Shown: positions 1-13,261 of the stretch, in pieces
How the letters are laid out: every line of letters begins with the position of its first letter
Numbering within the stretch: the stretch's first letter is position 1
Source of the DNA: Felis catus
Lineage: Eukaryota
NCBI RefSeq assembly: GCF_018350175.1
Contig: NC_058383.1
Location: 434,001-498,000 of the forward strand
Length of the DNA: 64,000 nt
Direction: 5' to 3'
The notes under the pieces: generated by a model
What the model saw: the letters and a program-made list of their open reading frames with translations, nothing else
Database searches by the model: none
Told to the model about the DNA's origin: nothing
Translations under genes and position numbers: made by a program

Positions 1-694
1 CTGCCCACCGGAGCCCTGGGGTCTGTATCTGTGGCACAGGCCACCCCAGAACCCCCAGAGACGCAGCTGAGATGGAGGAGGGCCACGCCCAGGCCACGCC
101 CAGAACCCCGACTGCTAAGTCTGTCTTCCGTCTCACGTGCCCCCCTCTCCGCCCCCCATCTGCTCAGCCCAGACCCAGGGAGGGAGTCAGGGAAGGGACT
201 GGCTCACTGGGCTCTGAGGGGCCTCATGGAAGCCGGACGCCCAGGCCGGGCAAGTCCTCTGGGCACCTCCCTTCCTTGAAGCAGCCCCCAAGGCCCTCAC
301 TCCTTCCCTGGTACCCCAGATCTGCCCTGGGCGCTGCCACAGGCAGGCGGGGATGGGGTCTGCCTTCAGAGGGGCAGGGTGGCCCCGGAGGGCTGTCCTT
401 CTCCCACGGGTACAGCTTCCACAGAGTCTACTCTGGCCTCCCATTCTGGGGCTTGGGCAGCACTGCCCTCTCTGCCTCATCCCTGCACTGTGGGCCGAGG
501 CCCTCCGCACTGAGCTGGGTGCACGGACACAGGTACCTCCCGTCCTGTCCTGCCACCCCAGGGTCTGGGCTCCCTTGGAAATTCCTCTGGTTCCAACCCC
601 CGGGATAGACGCTGGGCTGTGTGGGTGCAGACCCAACAACAGTGAGATCACCTGGAGGCCAAGCACTCTGGGACCAAACAGGCCTACTTCTAAA

Positions 695-918
695 TTTTTT
701 AATCTTTTTTTTAAATGTTTTTTTACTTATTTTTGAGAGAGAGACAGAGCACGCGCAGGGGAGGGGCAGAGAGAGAGGGAGACACAGAATCGGAAGCAGG
801 CTCCAGGCTCTGAGCTCTGAGCACAGAGCCCGACGTGGGGATCGAACTCGTCAACTGCGAGATCATGACCTGAGCCAAAATCGGACGCCCAACCCACTGA
901 GTCCCCCGGGGGGGCCCC
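695..918 (-). mobile_element. Can-SINE (SINEC_Fc2-like), moderately diverged
   Basis: Reverse-oriented tRNA-derived head, (GA)n tract and poly-T. Imperfect TSD caggcctacttct / cggcctatttct. Confidence 0.95.
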
Positions 919-1174
919 TAACGGCCTATTTCTTACCAAAAGTATGTAACTGAAAAGAAGCATTGCAGGGTGAGGTCAGGTAGTGGCCTGCCTGGGGCAA
1001 GGGTCCCCTCCCGGTCCCTCTGTGCCCCCCACCCCAAATCCCCGACACATGGCCCCTCTGTGGAGGGTCCTTCCATGTTTCCCATCCGGGGTTCTGACCC
1101 GGCTCTGCTGAAACCTCTCTCCTGGCCACAGGAGCATATCTGGAGCAGATCTAAGCTGCCCAAGGAGGCCGCAA

Positions 1175-1394
1175 GTGGGGAGGGCCATGGGAGGGCTTGA
1201 GGGGGCCTGGCCTCGCAGGGGAGGTGTGGGGAGGGCCATGGGAGGGCCTGAGGGAGGGGGCCTGGCCTCACAGGGGAGGTGTGGGGAGGGCCATGGGAGG
1301 GCCTGAGGGAGGGGGCCTGGCCTCACAGGGGAGGTGTGGGGAGGGCCATGGGAGGGCCTGAGGGGGCCTGGCCTCGCAGGGGAGTGGGGGAGGG
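1175..1394. repeat. G-rich minisatellite, 4 copies of a 51-55 bp unit
   Basis: Unit gtggggagggccatgggagggcctgagg(gagg)gggcctggcctc(a/g)caggggaggt starts at 1175, 1226, 1281 and 1336. Confidence 0.95.
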
Positions 1395-4300
1395 AGGCCC
1401 TTGGCTTTCACTCCTGGTGCAGCCACTGCCCCAGGCACCAGAGGCTGACTGCAAGGGGCCTCCCACCAGAAGTGAGACCAGACTTTACATCAAGGCCATG
1501 GACTCACCACACAGGTGTCCGAGGGGGCGAGGGGGCAGCTCCCCCGGAGAGGGGTGCTCATCTGACAAAATGCGGTTGAAGGCAGGGCTGGGGAGGAAAA
1601 TCCTCAAGGGTTAGTGACCAGGCCGAGACCCCACAACAACCCATTCTCAGAGGACGTCCGCCCAGAGTATGTGTGAGGACAGGAAAGGGCCCCCCTGGTG
1701 CAGGACCCTGGTGGGGAGGGCGGGGGCACTCTGCCTTCGGGCCAAGTGGGCAGCCCCACCCACCCCCACAGATGACGAAGGCCTGGAAGTCCCCGGGGGG
1801 CGGGCGGAAGGGCATCTCATCATTCACAGGTCAGCTGTGCTCACCCCGCAGACCCCGGCCTGGCAGTCGGGGTCCAGCCCAGACGACAGTACCAGCAGGT
1901 GCTGGTCTTTGCTGGAGGCTCCCCACATGCTGGGAACTGTTCTGAGGATCCCCGAGCCATACGAAGTGGGTCAGGTGACTCCCTCCATCTCATGGGTGAG
2001 GCAGAGAGAGGGTGCTGTGGGGTGTGAGCTTCTGGGGTCCGACCACACCTGTCGGCAGCTTGTCTGGAGGGCCCCAGGGTCACTGGCCAGGCAGGAGTGG
2101 GACAGCTGGGGTCACTCTGGGAGGTGGGAGAGTACAGGGCCAGGCGCCCGGGGTCCCCACAGTCCCTGGGAGCCTGCCCCTACCTGCCTCTTCCCAGGAT
2201 GCCCCCTGCTCTGTGCCCTAGGCAGGTGGCTGAGGGCAGGGAGGGGGCAGACCCAAGCTCCATTTCACAGGGGAGGAAACTGGGGCTCAGAGACGCCTCA
2301 CAGAGCTTGTTGGGGCAGAGGCAGGTCCTCAGTCCACCCTAACCCATCCAGGTGCCTGGGATGCCAGGCCGAGGGTGTAATAACACCTTCCGGGCTAGAG
2401 GTGAAATGTAATCAGACTGGGGCCCCACCGTCTGCCAGCTGCGGCCACCATTTGACCCCAGAGACCTCCAATGTGGGAATGTGAGGCAGCATGGACCTGT
2501 GCAGCCCATCTTCCCAGGTCCCTGCCTTCCAAGCGGGGGACATGAGAACCGCCTCTCCCTCCCCACGGGGATGAGCCTGGGCCGTAAACACTCCACGAGG
2601 AACCTGGGGGAGGGGACGGCGCACGCGGTCTATCACCTGTGACTTGATTTTGTATCCAGCCAAGTTAACAACCCGCGAACATTTGCAACATCACAGTTTC
2701 CATCCCTCTAAACACGCAAGTGTCTCTTTGCTGGTGGGCCTGGCCCGAGCGCCCGCTGCTCTAGAGAAGCTCCCGGAAGGGAAGGCGAGCCTGTCAGGCC
2801 GCGTCCGGCCGACTGAGAATTAACGGCCCCGCGCGCTCTTGCCTGGCTGCGTTTCTCCAGCTTTAGGCCACTTGAGACGGGGTCCACACGAGATGTGAGC
2901 TCGCTCAACCGAGACAGCAGAATTAGATTTATAATGAAGTACAGTCACACAGCCACGTGGTTTCCGAAGAAAAGGAAATTGAGTGGGAACATCTGAGCTG
3001 ATTTAGCTGTCGGTGCGAGCCCCGTGGGGAAGCGGCCACACCGACCGCTGGCCGCCGCACTTCCCCGTCTCGCGCACTTCCCCGTGTGCCCTGTCAGGCG
3101 CTCCTAGCAACCGCTGGACATCCCCAAGCTCACTGCGCCCACCTGGTCCCCGGGGGACCCGCGAGCACTCCGCCTCGTTCCCGTTCCCGTGAGCCCAGGA
3201 CTCACACAACCGCCTATCCTCACCCTCCAAAGCCGCTGAGCCTCTGGGTTTGAGAGACACCGCGGTTTTTGTTCCTGGGTTTGGAGCAAGGACGTGAGCG
3301 TTAGAGCAGCGCCCTCATACGCTGGTTCACGGGAGCTGATCCCAGACGGCGAGGGTGTCACGGCCGTTCCCAGCCGTCCTCGTTTCACACCCGGCTCGGT
3401 CCCTCGGGGTGTGCCTGTGGCCAGCCGCCAGCCCCGTGCCTGGAGCCTCGTGCGGCACTCGGCAAACACGGATGGACCTAGAGCCGGGGCCCCTGGGGGC
3501 TCCTGGTCTAGACACCCCTCTTACGGGCCACGGTGGCAGGAACCCTGGAGGACAGAGAGCAGGGAGTTCTGCTACCCAGCAAGAAGTCGGGGCAAAGGGG
3601 CGGCACATTGGGGGCCAGCGGGCCCGGCGGCGGCACAGCTGGGGCCCCTCTCCACACACAGGGAAAGGAAACACGGGAGGCCAGCCTGGTGCCTCTGGGT
3701 GGCAGTGCAGCTGCCTCCCTCGAAGACACAGGTCCGGGCTCTGGGCACCTGCACGTGGTGGGGACTCCGGGGCGCCCACGAGAAGCCGCTTTGTCTCTGC
3801 TGGCCAGACAGGCGCAGGACAAGGAGAGCCAGACTGCCCAGGCCGGGGAGTTGTGTTCGCAGGGAGGTCCGGTGCACAGGCACACACGCACGTGTTTGCA
3901 CACATGCACGCAGCACCCGCCATGGGAAATGCACGGGCTCAGAGAGAAAACAGGCATCTCACCGGGTGCTGGGCTGACCTCTCTGCTGCCGTGGCACCCG
4001 CGGGCCCTGCCGCCTGGAGCTCCCTCTCCCAAAAGGCCTCTTCCACCCTCACGGGCTCACAAAACCCCGTCTGGCTTTCAAGCCATGGTGCAACACAAGC
4101 CTCCTCTGTCCAGGCCTCCAGCGCCCGCGGGCGGAACAAAGCTATTGGGGCACGTACTCAAGTCAGAGAGCAAGCAGCACTTACAGGGACACCTCATCTG
4201 CCCCCGCGACACAGAGGAGGGAGCAGAGCCTCAGAGGGATGTGCCAGGGCCGCATGGCTCCGGGTGGGTCCCTGGCCTCCACCCCCCAGAGAGGCAGGGC

Positions 4301-5949
4301 CAGGAGCTGTGCTGCCCCCCGCCCCCACTCCTGGAGGCATCCGACTTCCTGGCAACCTTGCCCTCGGTAGGTGCTCAGTGCATGCACGTCCTTGCCTCTT
4401 GCAGGGCCTTGGGCCCACAGGGCAGGACGCTCCAGACACGAAGACAAGCCAGGCACATGTGTGTGCAGTTGCTGAAAAGCTGGGAACAATTTTTCCCTGC
4501 TGTTTTCTGTTCAGATTAACTGACTTGGCCGGATGCTGTCCGGGAAACCGGCTGCTGTGTCCTCCCGTCAGCCTAGAGGGGCAGACCGGCAGACCCCAGC
4601 ACCCGGGCACGAAGGGCTGGCAGAGGGGGTGGTCTGGGCCAGGCTGGGAGAGCGGGGCCAGGCCCAGCCCCAGAAGCCCAGTGCCCCGCGCGTGGAATGT
4701 CCACTGTGGTCCGCCCTGTCTGTGAGCCAGTCCCGGCGGGGCTGCTGGGGACACCTGTGCTCTACTTCTGGCCGCCCCCATCAGGGCCAGCACTCGGGAC
4801 CCCATAGTCCAGTCCTAGAGACGAGGGGCCCTCCCAGGCACTGCCCACGGCACTTGAAGCAAAAGAGGCCGGGCGGGCGGATTCGATCCCCATTCTACAG
4901 ATGAGAGGCTGAGAAAAGAGGTGGGTCCGTGTGGTTCTTTGTCCCCCACCAATGGCCCTTGGAGGGCCTCACGTCACAGACCGTGGGACAAGGGGTGGCT
5001 GCAGACGCCTGTGTCCCTCAGCAGCACTCCTGGTCCATCCTGGATTGGAGCCTATGCGTCCTACGTTGGCTCTTTCTGGATCTGCCTCTGTGGCTCCCGT
5101 TCTTGCCTCTGGAGCTCTCCCCTAGCACCCGGGGGCTTCGGCAGGAGGAGCAGACCAAGGGGCCCGGGACCCTCCCAGAGCAGGGTGTCGCTGGTGGGGA
5201 GGGTGCCATGCTGAGGCCAGAACTGGGGCAACGAGCATCTGCTCGGAGGAGCCCGCACCTCCGACGGGAGAAGGTCTGTTCCGCCCAGAGGATCATCCCT
5301 GCAATCCGTCCCTGTGGCTGGCTGTCCCCACCCTGCTCCCTTGGGGACAGACCCTCCCACCTATGGCCACCTGGCACACCCTTCATCCTTGAATGGATCC
5401 AGACTTCCTCAGTCAGATTACTTCTTCCCCTTGGCCACAGAGGTCGGTGTAGGGAGGGTCACAAGACCCCCACACAACTGAAGAAACCCCAGTCCCAGGG
5501 CCTTTGCTGAAACAGTGGACAAGAAGGCAGGTAGAACACGACTCGAACTATATGTGGCTATATACGGCCATCTCGCCCTTGCCTAAGAAAATCCCACTGG
5601 AGAATACGCAGCACACTCAGAAGCAGAGCAAAAAGATGGGGAGACTGATCCTTGACAGCAGGAGAACACCTAGATCCAGCCACGCCTGCAGCCATTACCT
5701 TGCAGTTATCTATGCCAGTAACACTCTACGGGGCTCAAGGTGGTTTGATTTGCGATTCTCACACTCCCGACTGAAGGAGCCTTGTTTATACAAGTGTTTC
5801 GATATTTGCTCCTCAACGGGGGACAAATGCTTTAGCCCAAGAAATATATCCCTAATGCAAGAATCATGACCAGTGGGACAGACATAGCAGCTTAAAGGCC
5901 TTCATGCTCAAGCACAGGGTGGAAGCCTGGCCCACAGGCCACCGAGTCT

Positions 5950-6070
5950 GAACCCCCTGGGAAAGAAATGCAGATTCTCCTCCAAGTTCTGAATCAGCAC
6001 AGCTGAGGAGGGCCCTGGAATCTGCATTCTCACAAACCTTCTGATGCGTGACAGAGGGTGGGAACCACAG
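5950..6070. mobile_element. MER5A-like hAT-Charlie DNA transposon fossil
   Basis: Diagnostic internal inverted motifs aaatgcagattc ... ctgaatcag ... ggaatctgcatt. Confidence 0.7.
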
Positions 6071-7898
6071 TCCTGGTCTCCCTGCAGCTGGGGCAGTTGC
6101 AAGAGGGCATTCAGGTAGTTAAGACCCTTGTGCTGCCCGCCTGCCCCTGCCCTGCGCTGGGGGCTTGGTCTGTAGACTCACACGTCGGGGGAGGGGTGGA
6201 GACGACCCTGCCTCACCCTGTGTCCCAGAGAGAGGGTGGCCCCCCGGGACACGACCCTGCTGCCGAGGCCAGGACCGCACTGACCCGGGCGGCCAGCTGG
6301 GAGGAGAAGGGCGGGGCGGGGGGGGGCTGGAGGGATGGCCACCCCAACCGTAAGAAAGGCTCAGAGCCGGCACAGCCAGGGCGGGCACGGCAGCGGGTGA
6401 GCCCTGGGCACTGTGTCTCGTGTGTCCCACGTAGACACAGCCTCCTGTCCAACAGAGGAGGCAGGGCAGACTCAGCTGGGGCTCCCGCCCCTCCAGCCAC
6501 ACGTCTGAGCTGAGGCAACACCGGCCCTCCCTGCGCTTGAACTTTTGCACTTACACCACTGCCCATCCGCCCCATCCCCTGCCGGGCTCCCCGGGGTCAC
6601 TGTCGACACATTTGCTGCAGAGTCTGGCTCGGGCCGCGTGTCGAGGACCAGCTGCTGACCCCGGCCCGGCCCCTCCCGGCAGACGTGATGCCCAGCCCTG
6701 TCTGTCCAGGCGCTCTGGACCAGGAGCAGAAGGGGCTTCTCCCACCATCTGTTCACCAGTGTGGCATTCTCGGTGTGAGTGTGAACACAGCGTGTGCCAA
6801 GGGCCGGTTTGTGCCTGAGGATGAGCGTGTACCTGCGACCGTGTGCTCCTCTGAGTGTGCACTATTGTGCATCCACGTGCAACCGTGCATAGTGCAGGTT
6901 TTGCTGGTGACTGTGCGTGTGCACACGAGTGTGCAAAGCGTGGGTTTTCTGGATGCGTCTGGGGGGGCGTGTCTCACCCTCCAAGTGACAGGCGGCTGGG
7001 GAGGGCGGAACAGTCACGCGCAGGGGTCTCCGGGACCTCACGCTCCCTCACTCCCAGACGGGGGTCTGTCGCCGCCTTCATGACCGGCTCACATCGGCGC
7101 AAATCTGGCGGCTTCTCCCAGTCTTTCTGTGCCAAGACGTGTGTTCAGTGGCTCCTGCGAGGGCCCAGATCCCGCAGGAGTGTCTCCTCCCAGGGCAGGT
7201 GGCGGCTGGGGTCTCGCAGGGGTCTCCACGGTGAGCTCACCCGAGGAGCCAGCACCATGCGGCCGAGGAAAGCAATCAGCACGCCGCCCCGCTGAATGTA
7301 AAGGTTAGTACATAAATCAAGGGAAATGTCAAACGCCTTTTTACACTGATTGAGATGTAATTTAGGGCGGGGCCGTGCCGGTCACTGGAGCGCAGGGAAC
7401 CGGGAAGAAATCACGTCCATAATCACCTAGAGATTGATGGACCCTCACCCCAGACCCAGCCTTTGTAGCCTCCCAGGACACAGCGACTGTGGCCGGTGTG
7501 GGTCCTGCATCCGTGGGACTGACCAGAACCCAGGATGCGTCACAAACACAGGCCAGGCCATAAGAACTTTCCAAATGCCCCCACAGACAGCACACATCCT
7601 GGGATCATCCCTGAGGGGCCGGGGAGGTCGTCTCTGGACATAAAGCTCAGCTCCACCAGCTGGTCTCTCCTCGGCCAAGACCTTCCCAGGCACTGGGTCT
7701 CCTCCTCTCCCCTGGGGCCCCCAACCGACAGGATCCGGCCCAGGGCCTAGCGGCTTATGAGGGAGGTGGGGCTCCAGCCTCACAGGTGTGACAGGCTTCA
7801 GATACACTTTTTACATAACATTATCCTCCCATGAGACGATGCACACAGTCTGTGTGTGTGTCGAATGTGTTATTGAACACAAGCATTAAAAACACTTT

Positions 7899-8124
7899 AA
7901 TTTTTTTTTTTTAATTTTTTTCAACGTTTATTTATTTTTGGGACAGAGAGAGACAGAGCATGAACGGGGGAGGGGCAGAGAGAGAGGGAGACACAGAATC
8001 GGAAACAGGCTCCAGGCTCTGAGCCATCAGCCCAGAGCCTGACGCGGGGCCCGAACTCACAGACCGCGAGATCGTGACCTGGCTGAAGTTGGACGCTTAA
8101 CCGACTGCGCCACCCAGGCGCCCC
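7899..8124 (-). mobile_element. Can-SINE SINEC_Fc, young, full length
   Basis: Close to the feline SINEC_Fc consensus. TSD taaaaacacttt at 7887-7898 and 8125-8136. Confidence 0.97.
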
Positions 8125-8152
8125 TAAAAACACTTTTAAAAATCACAGCCCT

Positions 8153-8346
8153 GGGGCACCCGAGTGGCTCAGTCGGTTAAGCGTCTGACTCTTGATTTCA
8201 GCTCAGGTCGCGACCTCATGGTCCGTGCAGTCGAGGCCCATGTCGGGCTCTGTGCTGACCTCATGGATCCTGCTTGGGATTCTCTCTCTCCCTCTGTCTC
8301 TGCTGCTCCCCTGGTCAGGCTGTCTCTCTCTCAATATAAATAAATA
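8153..8346 (+). mobile_element. Can-SINE, older subfamily
   Basis: Head ggggcacccgagtggctcagtcggttaagcgtctgactcttgat, CT tract and short A-rich tail. Confidence 0.93.
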
Positions 8347-8899
8347 GATCAAAGTGGCCCTTTCCCTGTCTCAGCCTCAAGAGACCCTGGCCGTGCCCTG
8401 CTCCCCGACCCCGCACTGAGCTGAGCTGAGCCTGGCTCCCGGCTTTCTGCTGTCTGCTAAGGAGCCAAACATTAGTCCCTTGTTCAGGCACCTGCCTGTG
8501 CAGCCTGGCCACCGGACACTGCGCTCTGAGAATCAGTGCTCAGGCTGCCTCCTTCGGGAAGACTCCCCGCTGCCCTTCTGTCCAGGCTAGGCCACCTGAG
8601 GACTCTCACCACCCGCCCCAGGGTTTCTGACTCTCAAACCTCTTTCCTTCCTGTCTGGATCACAGCACCTCCCAGAAGGGGTTCCAACAGCCCCTCATTC
8701 CTCTTGGGAAGGAGTGTGCCTGCCCACAGCACCCCGGCAATGCGGAAGGACGGACCTCGAACACTGCCTTTCCTCACCACGTGGGCCCTGAACTTGCTGA
8801 TTATATGGCCCGTAACCATGGCTTTATTTTCTGACTCAGCTCACGGTGTCACCCAAAATAACGATCATGGTAATGGTGGCTTTCCCTGCACAGAGCTTC

Positions 8900-9095
8900 T
8901 GACATGCTGTTACAGGCGCTGGGCCTATGTTCACTCACTGAACGGTCCCAACAGCCCTACCCGGTTGGTGCCACATCACCCCACTTTACAGATGAGAAAT
9001 CCAAGGCACAGGAGGTGGAGCCCATGCCCAAGGTCACACAGTCTGCGGGTTGTGAGGCCAGCGTTTGGACACAGGCATCCTGGCCCCAGAGTCGT
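8900..9095 (-). mobile_element. MIR SINE fossil
   Basis: MIR core ccactttacagatgagaaa..aggcacag..gcccaaggtcacacag. Confidence 0.8.
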
Positions 9096-9429
9096 CATCT
9101 TTATGCATTCTTCCCGAAGGATGTCAGGTTTAATTTTTACAGAAGAACCCGGACTTTACGTAAGTCTGGCCTTGAGGGGGGAAGGCAACTCGACTGGAGG
9201 GCTGCTAGCACAAAAGTCCATGCCGGCGGGAGGGCAATGGGGCCAGATGGAGCAGGAGGGACACCGACGCAGGTGACCAGGGACGGGGCAGCGGGGACAC
9301 CGAGGTGGCCGACCAGGGGCGAGTGCGAGCAGGCATCCAGCACTCACGCTGTCCCGTGGAGCTGCGTCACCTGGTAATCATGACAAAGGGACAGCTCTGA
9401 GGGGATGGGAGTCAAAGGCTCTGAGGCTA

Positions 9430-10720
9430 CAGCCAGACGGGGGAGGGCAACAGACAAGAGCAGGTCAACAATATATCTGTATTGCCAGAGTAGCCGTAAC
9501 AAGGAGTGTTTTCGCTAACAAGTTAACAGAGGGCAAGAGCTAAGAAAACATTTGATCCGTTCAAAAGAAATCAAAGCTAAGAAAACATGTGATTCGTTCA
9601 AAAGAAATCAAAGCTAAGAAAACATGTGATTCGTTCAAAAGAAATCAAGAAAAAAAAGGGAGCAAAACCCAGAGAGGCAAAAGGGAAAGTGGACAGTAAG
9701 AGAGTTGACGTACGTCACATCTAAAGTAAAGGGACTGAAAACTCAGCGACACTCACAAGACCAGTCTAAGCACAGGTCACAGAAAGGTCAGAAGCAAAGC
9801 AGCAGGGATCCGGGCCAGAACAACACGAGCCAGCAGGACGTCCGCTGATGCGACTCTACTGACGTCGTACGAGGCAGACGCGCAGAGATACAGAGGGGCG
9901 CCTCGGAACGGCAGACCCGGGCCCCATCTGCAGCTCCAAACAGGTCCCAACGGAAACGTCGGCCAGCCCAGTCGCTGGGTCGAGACACGAGGTTGTCACG
10001 TTCAACGTCGGATGAGGTGCAGAGATGCAAACTCAAGGATCGAGAGGACCCGAACTGGCAGGAAGACAGTAAATACAAAATGCAGATGCCCCGGCACGGG
10101 AAGGGAGGCGGCCCTACTCAGGGTGTGCACGCTGTTACCGGAGCGCGAGCCGCCAGAGGAACTCACAGGCACAGAAACAGGAAAGGAAGGGACAGTCACA
10201 TCGCGGGCGATGTGGCTTTTTATGCAGAAAAGCAAAAGGCTACAGACTGTTGTGTTTGGTCGGCTGTATTTGCACAGCGTGGCAGGAACGCCCCTCACGA
10301 CTGTTTCATACACACAGGAGCACAGGGAGCACGGACGTTACCGGGAGGAGCTGGGCGGTAAAGGGAGAGCGTGTCGCAAGCTCAGGGCTGGAAGACCCAG
10401 GGCTGAAAACTGCCGATTCCCTGAAAACTAACCTGTAGATTCAGTGCAACCCCAATAAAAATCTCAGCAGGTAGCTCCTTCTTGTTGTTTTGTAAATTGA
10501 GGGCCCATTCTAAAACTCACATGGAAACAGTGTCGAGAAAACCCGGGCGATCTCAGAGGCGGACAGAACCCGTGAGCGGGAGAGGCCCACGCACAGGGCA
10601 CAGGGTCGCCTGGCTGGCCACACCCCGGAAAACACTCCCAAATGGAAGGAACGAGGCGGCCGAGAGAAGAGGGACTGGCCGCCTGCCAAGCCCAGGTGGA
10701 GGGGGCACAGCTCAGGAGCA
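9430..10720 (+). mobile_element. Ancient L1M fragment(s), ORF2-derived, heavily decayed
   Basis: A-rich strand. tagattcagtgcaaccccaataaaaatctcagcagg...ttctaaaactcacatggaaa at ~10435-10528 matches L1 ORF2. Confidence 0.7.
9538..9648. repeat. Tandem triplication of a 37-bp unit
   Basis: agctaagaaaacat(t/g)tgat(c/t)cgttcaaaagaaatcaa at 9538, 9575 and 9612. Confidence 0.95.
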
Positions 10721-12654
10721 TCTGCACAGACGCCTTTCTCTGCTTCTGCTCCTGCTCCCGCGGGCGAAGACTGGAGCTTCAGCCGACGGCCCCTGGGGGT
10801 CAGCAGTTCCGGAAGCAGCCGGCCACACGCTATGGCGGCACCGTCCCCCCAGCACTCAAGCACGGTTCCAGCTGGGGGAAGGTGCTGGAGAGCTGGCCGT
10901 GTGTCGGCATGACGTGGACCCTGCAGTCTGACCCGTGGCCGGCCTGTGGCGCTGAGCACCCAGAGGACAGGAGTCCAAGGGCAGAGGGCGGGCGGGGAAG
11001 AGCACGTCCCTATTCACGCAGGGGTTGTATCTCCGCCCGGCATGACCCGGGGCCAGCGCACGTAGGCCTTGGAGCTGCAGCGGGCAGGCCTGGCCTTCAA
11101 GCCCCACGTGCTCCTCTCAGGCCGCAGTGGGGATGCCGCTTGGGCCCCTGATCACCACTTGCGTGGTGTGGGACCCTGTGACCAGGCTCTGGCTCAAAGG
11201 CCGGGACGCAAGCTGCATGCGCCCCCTCCGGGTCGGATCCTCAAGCGGGAGGAATATGCTTCCTCCCCCGACCCCGTCCCACCGCCTGCCGGCTTCCTGA
11301 AGAACTCAGACGGAAGCCATCTGTGGAGGGTGAGCGAGCTACAGGACGGGGGTCCCCTGACCCCCAGCCAGCCCCACAGCACCCACCTGGACTTCTCTGA
11401 TAGACAAATGCGTCCACTGGCTGCTTAGCTGCTCCGCCCAGGATTTCTCTGGCATAAACCCTTCCCAGGGCATCTCCAAGGGGGACTGCTCCCCCTGGAG
11501 ATGGGACAGCAGTCCCTGGGGCTGGAATCAGGCTTCCGAGCGGCCCCGCATCCGCCCGCCCACACTGAAGAGGCCCTCGCTGGACTCGGTCGCCTGCACG
11601 AAGCCGGTGATCTCACCGCCACATCCCCATCTCAAGGCCACGTCCTCGGGGCAGCCCTGGGAGCGGGGGAGGGGAGCGAGCCCACATTCCCAGGATGGGC
11701 AAGGAGCCCCCGAGTGTCCCGGTCCAGCTCACAGGCCTACCAGTGGTCACGTCTCCCTGACCACGTTCCCGGTGCCACTGCCCCCAGCTGAGCGCACGAG
11801 GGGCCCCTCAACACGGCAGGGCTGGGGATGAAAGTGCGGCCACAAAACAGGGTCACCACAGACCAGACCCAGGCTGCCAAGGGCAGAACCCAGGCCTGAG
11901 GACGGAGGGAGCGAAGGGCACGGCGGTTGGGGAAAACGCGAAAGGGACACGGGTGCCAGCCACAGTTTGCTCACCGTCCTCCTTCTTGCTCTGTTCCCCG
12001 TAGTGCTCCAGGGAGTGATCCCTCCTCCCCAGGACACGCGTGGCAGAGTCTGGAGGCAACACTGGTGATCACAACTGGGGGGCGGTGCCCACGGTGTGCA
12101 CTGTGCAAAGGCAGGGATGCTGGTGAACACCCGACAGCACACAGGACAGCTCCCACTGCGAAGAATTATCAGGCTCCAAACGTTGATGTGCCCAGAGTGA
12201 GGCCCTGACGCAGGCCGTCCGGTGTCTCTGCGTTACGTTTTAGACCTCCGGTTGTCAGATGGGTTTGTGACTCAACTAGAAGAACAGACGTTACCGGGTG
12301 GTCGGCACCTCCAGCGTGGAGGTGGACGTGGTAACTGATGAGACTCCACAAGGCTTCTGAGTACAGTTGTGCAGGTTGTGCACGGCCCCTGTCTTTTTAT
12401 CGCCCTGCTCGGTGAGTGCTTGGAAAGAGTTTCCAGATGTTGGCCATTTTCTCCACTGACTTCTCATTCTCGCATCTCAGACCTTCCTTTTCGGGTCAGT
12501 TTTCTCCTTCCTGAATTATGTCCTTAAGTTCTTCTTTTCCATTAGTGGTCCTTTCTCAGTCTGAAGATGTCTTCTTCCTCCCCTCCTTCTCTCCCTCTTC
12601 CTTCTCCTCCCTACCCCCCACCCTCCTGCCGTCCACCCCTCCTGGCTTCCGTCC

Positions 12655-13260
12655 CTTGTTCTGACTTCAAAGGGAGAGCATTCAATCTTCACTGCTCAGT
12701 GTGATAGCACTGGGGTTTTTTTTTTAATTTTTTTTTTAACGTTTATTTATTTTTGGGACAGAGAGAGACAGAGCATGAATGGGGGAGGGGCAGAGAGAGA
12801 GGGAGACACAGAATCGGAAACAGGCTCCAGGCTCCGAGCCATCAGCCCAGAGCCCGACGCGGGGCTCGAACTCACGGACCGCGAGACCGTGACCTGGCTG
12901 AAGTCGGACGCTTAACTGACTGCGCCACCCAGGCGCCCCAACACTGGGTTTTATAAACAGACGCCCTTTATCAAGTCAAAGAAGGTTACTTGTATCCTTA
13001 GTTTGTGTTGGGAATGGGTATTGGAATTTGTCAAATTCTTTTTCTGCACCTACGGAGATGATTACGTGGCTGTTCTTTTCGACTTCCTAGCATGGTCAGC
13101 TACGTTGATTGATTCGCAAACGTTACAGCACCCTGCGTTCCTGGGACGAGCGCCCTTGGTCATGGTCTATTTTTCTTCTTACACACGTTGGTACCCATTT
13201 TATAGAATTTTGTTTCGACTCTACGTCTGTGAGGGATACCGGTCTGTAGTTTCCCTGTCA
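12655..13260 (-). mobile_element. Ancient L1M ORF2 fragment (antisense), interrupted by a SINE
   Basis: cttgttctgacttcaaagggagagcattcaat...ggaatttgtcaaattctttttctgcacctacggagatgatta is typical antisense L1 ORF2. Confidence 0.8.
12716..12939 (-). mobile_element. Can-SINE SINEC_Fc, young
   Basis: Near-consensus SINEC_Fc. Imperfect TSD cactgg(g)gtttt on both sides. Confidence 0.97.
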
Positions 13261-13261
13261 T

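Noticed and set aside
937..949. 13-nt minus-strand segment between cttcttttcag and gtaaga
   Set aside because: Frame-shifting length, no host gene, and such pairs arise by chance (a similar 14-nt case lies near 27810-27823).
3355..4725. 456-aa ORF and the many other 150-330 aa ORFs
   Set aside because: Pro/Gly/Arg/Ala-rich, overlapping in several frames, often with non-ATG starts and no recognisable domain. Expected at this GC content.
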